From contig JAGXFW010000026.1 in NCBI GenBank assembly GCA_024637035.1, positions 181,600-245,599 of the forward strand: DNA of 64,000 bases, written 5' to 3'. The position numbers and the translations under genes are program-made. This document shows positions 58,534 through 64,000 of the stretch, piece after piece; position 1 is the stretch's first letter, and every line of letters starts with the position of its first letter. The notes under the pieces were generated by a model that saw only the letters and a program-made list of their open reading frames with translations, did no database searches and had not been told where the DNA came from. Source of the stretch: Actinomycetes bacterium (GTDB lineage Bacteria > Actinomycetota > Thermoleophilia > RBG-16-64-13).

Positions 58534-59352
58534 TCAGACCCAGCTGTGTAGGACTTCGCCGCCGGTGACCGTCGAGCCGTTGCTGTAGTACTGCGCGCCG
58601 AGCACTTCGATCGGGGCGAGAGCGGCCATGTGCTCCTCGACCTCGGACGGGAAGAACTTCAACGTGGCGTCGCCCAGCCACACATCGCCGGTGCGGAGGT
58701 CGCACCCGTTGAGCTTCACCAGTTCGAGGACGGAAGGAGCCGCACCCGGCACCAAACTCGGGAAATGGCGGAGGTTGATCACCGGACGGCTGAAGATCGT
58801 GGGCAGATCGGCCTCGGTGCCCTTGCCGGTGATGGTCATCATGCCCTCAGCCAGCCGCTCTCCATGAGCGGACACGAAACCCTTGAGCTTCGACCCGGGG
58901 CCGATGGGATCCATGCGCGGGTTCAGGGGATTGGGGTCGCTCATGATGGTGACACCGAGTTTCTTCGGAAAGCCCATGAACCAGCCGCGGGCCAGGGTGA
59001 AGTCGTTGTCCACCCAGGTGAGGACGCAGGTGCGGCCTTGCTCACCCTTGTAGGAGCAGCCGACCCAGGCGATGGTCTCGCGATAGAAGGTGCGCTCGGG
59101 GTTGACCTCGACCATGTCCGTCTGGTTGTCCCAGACCGACCACCACTTGCTGAAGGCGATGTTGACCACGTCGGGCTCGTCGCCGGGCTCAAGTGGATCG
59201 GGCAGGTAGGCCGCGATGGCATCGGGATCGGCCCGGTACGTGATGTTGATGTACTGCGAGGCGAAGTGCCACGGCAGGTCACCCACCACCGAGGACTTGC
59301 CGTTGGGAGTGAGCGGATACGAGAAACCCTTCAAATCACCGATGTTCGTCAT
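58534..59352 (-). CDS. Acetoacetate decarboxylase (ADC)-family protein
   Basis: 272-aa beta-cone-like protein with YP...Y...ITY and conserved Lys/Glu positions resembling the ADC/MppR family; family assignment made by eye only. Confidence 0.5.
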   Translation of the reverse strand: MTNIGDLKGFSYPLTPNGKSSVVGDLPWHFASQYINITYRADPDAIAAYLPDPLEPGDEPDVVNIAFSKWWSVWDNQTDMVEVNPERTFYRETIAWVGCSYKGEQGRTCVLTWVDNDFTLARGWFMGFPKKLGVTIMSDPNPLNPRMDPIGPGSKLKGFVSAHGERLAEGMMTITGKGTEADLPTIFSRPVINLRHFPSLVPGAAPSVLELVKLNGCDLRTGDVWLGDATLKFFPSEVEEHMAALAPIEVLGAQYYSNGSTVTGGEVLHSWV

Positions 59353-59504
59353 GAACCAACAACCTCCGCGATCAAGAAGACACTGACACCCCGATACTGT
59401 GACCAGACACGAGGCCCCGGCGGAGCCCCGGTTGCGGGCGGGCCGAGTGGCGGGGTCTGGCTACTTCGGTCGACGTTACGCCGCTATCCCGACCACGTCA
59501 AGCG

Positions 59505-59535
59505 GATTCTCATATATAGATATTGATTCTCATAT
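59505..59535. promoter_or_regulatory. AT-rich direct repeats GATTCTCATAT (x2, 20-nt spacing) upstream of the ADC/IclR/MttB operon
   Basis: ggattctcatatatagatattgattctcatattgtgg lies in the 355-nt divergent intergenic region, is strongly AT-rich against a roughly 70 % GC background, and is a candidate operator/promoter. Confidence 0.4.
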
Positions 59536-59706
59536 TGTGGTGGCTATTGAGTTGCTGCCGGGAGTACGGCGGGCCGCTCGATTGCCGGCTGCTAGAATGG
59601 CCTCCACACGAACGGTAGCCGAAGACCTTCCTGGAGGAGCGGTGGCGTTGTCGATCCTGGTGCCGAACTTCCTAGCCTGCCACGCTTCGCGATCTGAGCT
59701 CCCCGC

Positions 59707-60915
59707 ATGACTCGGGGTGGTCCGCCCAGTCGGCCGCGTCGGATCGCGCTCTTCCTCCCTAATCTCGAAGGCGGCGGCGCCGAACGAGTGACGCTGAACC
59801 TCGCCGCGGGACTTCGCGCCGAAGGCGTCGAGGTGGAGCTCGTGGTGGGCTCGGCGACCGGCGTGTTCGCCGACAGCGCGCGAGAACAAGGCCGCGTGGT
59901 CGATCTCAACGTGGAGAGCCTTCGGTGGAGCATCGGGCCGTTGGCCCGCTACCTGCGCCGGTCGAAGCCGGACGGCATCATCGCGGCCATCTACCACGCC
60001 AATGTAGCCGCCGTCGCCGCGAAACTGATCGCGCGGACAGGTGTCCCAGTGGTCGCGACCGTCCACACGCCGCTGCGCCTTGCCCTACAGAACGAGCCGG
60101 CGATGCTCCGCTGGGTCAAACTCCGAGCAGACTACTCAGCCTACCGCCACGCGGACGCCGTGGTCGCCGTGTCACAGTCGGTCGCCGACGTGGTTGCGAA
60201 CGAGGTGCCGGCCATCGCGGGCAAGCTGTTCGTGATCCACAACCCGGTGGTCACCGACGAACTCCTGTCGGTCGCGGCTCAGTCCGCGGGGGAGTCGCAT
60301 GCCGCCGACGCGACCTCTGACGCCGCCCCTGGCGCGACGGCCGTTTCCGCCCCTGGCGCGACGGCCGCTCCCGCCCCCGCGGTGCCCGTGATCATGGGGG
60401 CGGGCAGGCTGGCCCCCGAAAAGGACTTCGCGACGCTGATACGAGCCTTTGCCATCCTTCGCCGAACGAGAAGCGCGCGCCTCGTCATTCTCGGCGAAGG
60501 CGACGAGAGATCGTCGCTGGAGCTGCTCTCGAGACAAGCGGGCGTACAAGACGATGTCGATCTTCCGGGTTTCAAGGCGGACGCCCTGGCGCGCATCGCC
60601 GCCGCCGACGTGTTCGCGCTGAGCTCGGTGCGGGAGGCGCTTCCCACGGTGCTGATCGAGGCGTTGGCGCTCGGCACGCCGATCGTGTCGACCGATTGCC
60701 CGGTCGGCCCCCGGGAGATCCTGGCCGACGGGCGGTACGGGCTTCTTGTCCCCGTCGGAGACCCGGAGGCTATGGCGACAGCCCTCCGGCAGGCGCTCGA
60801 TGAGACCAGGCCCACCGGCGACCGACCCGACCTGACCCGCTACACCCCAAGGGCGGCGGCTCACGCATACCTGAGGGTGATCGAGGGGTGTCGAGAGTGG
60901 GCGTTCAGGGCGTGA
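59707..60915 (+). CDS. Glycosyltransferase family 4 (GT-B, group 1)
   Basis: RIALFLPNLEGGGAERVTLNLA N-terminal motif and C-terminal E-x7-E region (EALPTVLIEALALGTPIVSTD). Confidence 0.8.
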   Translation: MTRGGPPSRPRRIALFLPNLEGGGAERVTLNLAAGLRAEGVEVELVVGSATGVFADSAREQGRVVDLNVESLRWSIGPLARYLRRSKPDGIIAAIYHANVAAVAAKLIARTGVPVVATVHTPLRLALQNEPAMLRWVKLRADYSAYRHADAVVAVSQSVADVVANEVPAIAGKLFVIHNPVVTDELLSVAAQSAGESHAADATSDAAPGATAVSAPGATAAPAPAVPVIMGAGRLAPEKDFATLIRAFAILRRTRSARLVILGEGDERSSLELLSRQAGVQDDVDLPGFKADALARIAAADVFALSSVREALPTVLIEALALGTPIVSTDCPVGPREILADGRYGLLVPVGDPEAMATALRQALDETRPTGDRPDLTRYTPRAAAHAYLRVIEGCREWAFRA

Positions 60916-60947
60916 GACCCCGACAAGCCTCGAGCGCGAGGACCGGA

Positions 60948-61682
60948 TCAGGCGCTCGATGATGTCCGAACATCCGTCCTTTGTGCAGTGACAACTGACG
61001 TCCAAGTTGTCCTTCCGGCAAGGCCATATCTCACCACTGCGGCCCGCCCACGCCACGTGTTCGCGCAATCCAGGAAGGATCGCAGCCCATTGACCCTGTC
61101 CATCAGCGTGTTCTCCGGCACGAACAGACTTGCCGGCATCTCTTTGGCATCGATCTCTGGGTAGGAGTTCCATTCGTGCTCGTGAGACAGAGCTTGCTCG
61201 TAGTCGAGCAGATCGCCGTACGGCGGAGGACCGTTCTTTCGCAACGAGGCGACGACCTCGGTGTTGCCGGTCGAGTCTGCCCACGCCAGGGTGTCCTCGT
61301 AGAACATGATGTCCGTCTCACGCGGGCTGACCATCTGCCCGGCGCCCACGAACGCATGGAACGACTCGGGGTGCTGCTGAGCGGCCAACACGCTGGGAAT
61401 CGTGCCCCAAGAGTTGCCTGCCAGGTAGACCTTCTCCTCGTCAAAGCGGTCGCGCAGGTAATCGGTCAATTCGAGCGTGTCGGCCACTGTCTGGGCGAGC
61501 GTCAGGGTTTCCACCGGGTCGAGGGCCGAGTACGACTTCCCGGCGCCGCGCTGTTCCCAGGTGACCACCACGAAGTCCTGCTCGAGTCCGACGTCGCCGC
61601 GCATGGCGCCGAGGTCGGTGCCGCCCGGCCCGCCCGCAAGGTACAAGAGCACGGGGTTGTCCACGCTCCGTCCCCGGATCAT
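60948..61682 (-). pseudogene. Alpha/beta hydrolase (proline-iminopeptidase-like), apparently C-terminally degenerate
   Basis: PVLLYLAGGPGG and nucleophile elbow GNSWG are present, but no recognisable His motif and only 244 aa; an overlapping alternative-frame ORF (61103..61444) suggests a frameshift. Confidence 0.45.
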
Positions 61683-61684
61683 GA

Positions 61685-61903
61685 GGGTCTGTTCGTGACC
61701 GCGGCAACCTAGACTCGACGAGTTCCTCCGAAGTCATCGACTTGATGCGCCAGATCAATCGTCAGACCGGCACGACGTTCGTGCTCGTGACCCACGACGA
61801 AGAAGTCGCGTCACGCTGCGACAGGATCATCCGGATGCGTGATGGGGTGGTCCTCGACCGGGAGTCCGAGGACGCCGGCCGCGCGGTGGAGCGGGCGGCC
61901 TAG
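61685..61903 (+). pseudogene. C-terminal fragment of an ABC transporter ATP-binding protein (LolD/MacB type)
   Basis: Frame opens directly after a TGA: [50 protein letters not shown] aligns with the D-loop/H-loop end of ABC ATPases; Walker A/B and the signature motif are missing. Confidence 0.5.
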
Positions 61904-62050
61904 GATTCGGTGGAGGCATTGCGGGTCCCCGAGTGGTCGGGGACCCGCGTCTCTGCATCACCTTCGAGCAGTCGTGGGCATGCGCCCCTCGATCACCCTC
62001 GAGCAGTCATAGCCGCGTACGCCGCCGCAACGATCCGCCCACTCCCCCCA

Positions 62051-63985
62051 CTACCCCGTGGGCACGCTCGGCGGGAAGCGCGTCTCCATCTCCGTGCTGA
62101 TGGCGGCGGGCAGCCCCACGATGTCGCAGATCCGCACGGTGGAGATGTTGCCCTCGAGCAGCGTCACTATCCGACTGGGGAGCGCAGTCTGTGCCGTCAG
62201 CAGGACGGTCCCGGACACACCCTCCAGGTAGGGCCCCACCACCAGCGCATCGGGATAGTTGTCGCCCTTCACGAGGGCGATGTGCTCGAAGGTGACCCCG
62301 AAGGCCTTGCCGTATTCGGCCACGAGGGCGCTCGTGTGGTAGCGGTCCACGCCCACAAGATCGGTGGGGGTGACCCGCGCGGGCAGACCGACCCAGTTCC
62401 CTACTCGGAGCGCCTTGGTCACCTTCAGGTCCAGTATCTTCTGCCGGGTGACGGCAGGCAGGGGGCCCTTCTGAGGTGTAAGCAGCACGGCCCAACCCTG
62501 CTTGGCCGCCAGCGGCCCGACAGAGAGAGCGTCGGGGAAGTTGTCGCCCGCCACCAAGACGACTCGGGCGACGGAGCCCCTCTTGGCCAGGAGTTCGTCG
62601 GCAATGAGCGTGGCCGTGTGATAGCGATCCGTTCCGCGGATCTCGTGGAGATCGCTATCGGTGAGGCCGGGCAGCGCCGCCTTCACCTGGGCGTTCAGCG
62701 CGACCGGCAGTCCGATGACGAACACCGTGCCCGGGGCGAGACGTTTCAGTTCCTGCCGCACCGTGTCGTTCAGCCCGGTGGAGGGCGTGATCATGATGGG
62801 GCCCCCGTAGGCGGCGGCCAGGGGACCGGCGGCCAGGGCGTCGGGATAGTTGTCGCCCTTCACCAAGAAGACGACCGGTGCACCGGAGGGATAGGCCGCC
62901 TTGGAGATCTGGACGGCGGTCTGGTAGCGGTCGGCCCCACGGATGGTGCTGTACAACGGCTGAGCCGGTCGCGCCACGACCGTGATGGTGACTGTGGCGG
63001 GAATCGACGCGGACTCCCCATCGAACACCGCATAGGTGAATGTGTCCTCACCGACGAAGCCCGGGCTGGGTTGGTAGGTGAAGGAGCCGTCGTCCCCGAG
63101 GCTCAGAGCTCCGTGACCGGGCCAGGCGACCACCTCGGGCCACAGGGTATCGCCGTCGGCATCGTAATCGTTGGCGAGAACACCCTCCGATGCGGGCACC
63201 GAAAGGAGGGTGCCCTGCGTTGCTTCGTAGGAGTCGTCGTAGGCGATGGGCGGAGTGTTCGGCAATTCTGTGACCGAAAGCACGTAGGGTCCCCACGATG
63301 CGCCGTCGTTCGCGTTCCTCACCATCAAGAAGACGGTCTGATCGGCTGTGCAAGACCAGACGATGCGGGAGAACGAAGAGGCGCCCCCGTTATCGTCCTC
63401 CAAGGCCGTGCCTTCGGCATAGAGATACAGATAGGTGTCTGTAATGGAGTTGGCGCTGGGCTGCGTCTCAATCACGTACGTGGTGCCGGCCAGGGCCTGG
63501 AACGTCACCCAATCGTGGTCGCCCAGAGGGTAGATCGAACGCTCCTGGCTAGGGCCTCCGACAACGATCGATTTGCTCTGCTCGAACGTGTCGTCAGGTT
63601 CGTAGGCGTCCGGACCCACGGCAACGACTACGAATCCCACGCTGAGGACTGCGGCGCCGTCCCAGTTAGTGTCCACCGACTGGAGCCAGTGGCCGGGGAC
63701 GTTGACACTGAACCGGTATTCGCCCGGTCCACGTGCCTCGGTCTCGTACAAGACGTACCATCCGTCAGCTCGCGAGTAGGCCTCCCCTACCCATTCGTAC
63801 GAACTCCCGTTGGACCAGTAGGCCTGAACGTGTGCACCCGTGACGTTTGCGCCGGTGCCGGCGTAGGTCACCGTGCCCTGCGCGATGAGCTTGGCGGAGG
63901 CCAGGGCCACATCGTGGGTCAGGGGAGCGCCGCCGTTCCAGGTGACGTCATATGTCTGAGAGACTCGGCCCCCGGCCGCGTACAC
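62051..63985 (-). CDS. Cell-surface protein with three C-terminal CWB2 domains and an N-terminal Ig-like/Asp-rich repeat region (5' end probably beyond the window)
   Basis: GADRYQTA/GTDRYHTA/GVDRYHTS CWB2 repeats; upstream DYDADGDTLWPEVV...FTYQPSPGFVGEDTFTY cadherin/Big-like segment; no signal peptide at the called M, so the ORF likely continues past coordinate 63999. Confidence 0.65.
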   Translation of the reverse strand: MYAAGGRVSQTYDVTWNGGAPLTHDVALASAKLIAQGTVTYAGTGANVTGAHVQAYWSNGSSYEWVGEAYSRADGWYVLYETEARGPGEYRFSVNVPGHWLQSVDTNWDGAAVLSVGFVVVAVGPDAYEPDDTFEQSKSIVVGGPSQERSIYPLGDHDWVTFQALAGTTYVIETQPSANSITDTYLYLYAEGTALEDDNGGASSFSRIVWSCTADQTVFLMVRNANDGASWGPYVLSVTELPNTPPIAYDDSYEATQGTLLSVPASEGVLANDYDADGDTLWPEVVAWPGHGALSLGDDGSFTYQPSPGFVGEDTFTYAVFDGESASIPATVTITVVARPAQPLYSTIRGADRYQTAVQISKAAYPSGAPVVFLVKGDNYPDALAAGPLAAAYGGPIMITPSTGLNDTVRQELKRLAPGTVFVIGLPVALNAQVKAALPGLTDSDLHEIRGTDRYHTATLIADELLAKRGSVARVVLVAGDNFPDALSVGPLAAKQGWAVLLTPQKGPLPAVTRQKILDLKVTKALRVGNWVGLPARVTPTDLVGVDRYHTSALVAEYGKAFGVTFEHIALVKGDNYPDALVVGPYLEGVSGTVLLTAQTALPSRIVTLLEGNISTVRICDIVGLPAAISTEMETRFPPSVPTG

Positions 63986-64000
63986 GAATCGGTAGTCTCC

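Noticed and set aside
61103-61444. 113-aa minus-strand ORF
   Set aside because: Alternative frame inside the alpha/beta hydrolase gene; more likely a frameshifted continuation (pseudogene evidence) than an independent gene.

Overview
This 64-kb window looks like a high-GC (about 68-70 %) bacterial chromosome segment, Actinomycetota-like in codon usage, densely coding on both strands. All calls are from reading the six-frame ORFs and the raw sequence by eye; no database search was run. Landmarks, in order: an HNH endonuclease and an orphan CheY-like receiver; a fatty-acid synthesis block on the minus strand (accD-accA, fabF, fabG, fabD, fabH, fabZ) with no acpP between fabG and fabF; a cyclohydrolase-family gene coupled to a DEDD-exonuclease/GIY-YIG (Cho-like) fusion; moeA; a FlgM-like ORF; a DUF47/PiT phosphate-transporter pair; a GGDEF cyclase; CorA. 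A low-density accessory islet (19.0-21.7 kb) holds a restriction-subunit N-terminal remnant, a Phd/VapC toxin-antitoxin pair, tandem 30-nt repeats, and a Met-rich repeat lipoprotein followed by an unlisted 47-aa membrane micropeptide. A 3-kb FAD/Fe-S 2-hydroxyacid-dehydrogenase-like gene (YdiJ-like) is translationally coupled to a LarA-like racemase. The most striking structure is a 15.4-kb, 14-gene co-directional minus-strand supercluster (28.4-43.8 kb): ferredoxin, aldehyde:ferredoxin oxidoreductase, threonine aldolase, class-V aminotransferase, RidA, a branched-chain-type ABC importer including a LivM-LivG-LivF triple fusion, GntR, aldo/keto reductase, ornithine-cyclodeaminase-family, threonine-dehydratase-family and LLM oxidoreductase. 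Two tandem NHL-propeller + CWB2 (cell-wall-binding repeat 2) surface proteins and a third CWB2 protein at the window edge suggest an S-layer-like envelope. An IclR / MttB-family methyltransferase / HisC-like aminotransferase / acetoacetate-decarboxylase-like operon sits near the 3' end. Several gene remnants indicate local decay or rearrangement (HepT/DUF86 C-terminus, ABC ATPase C-terminus, a truncated alpha/beta hydrolase). No rRNA, tRNA or CRISPR array was recognised.
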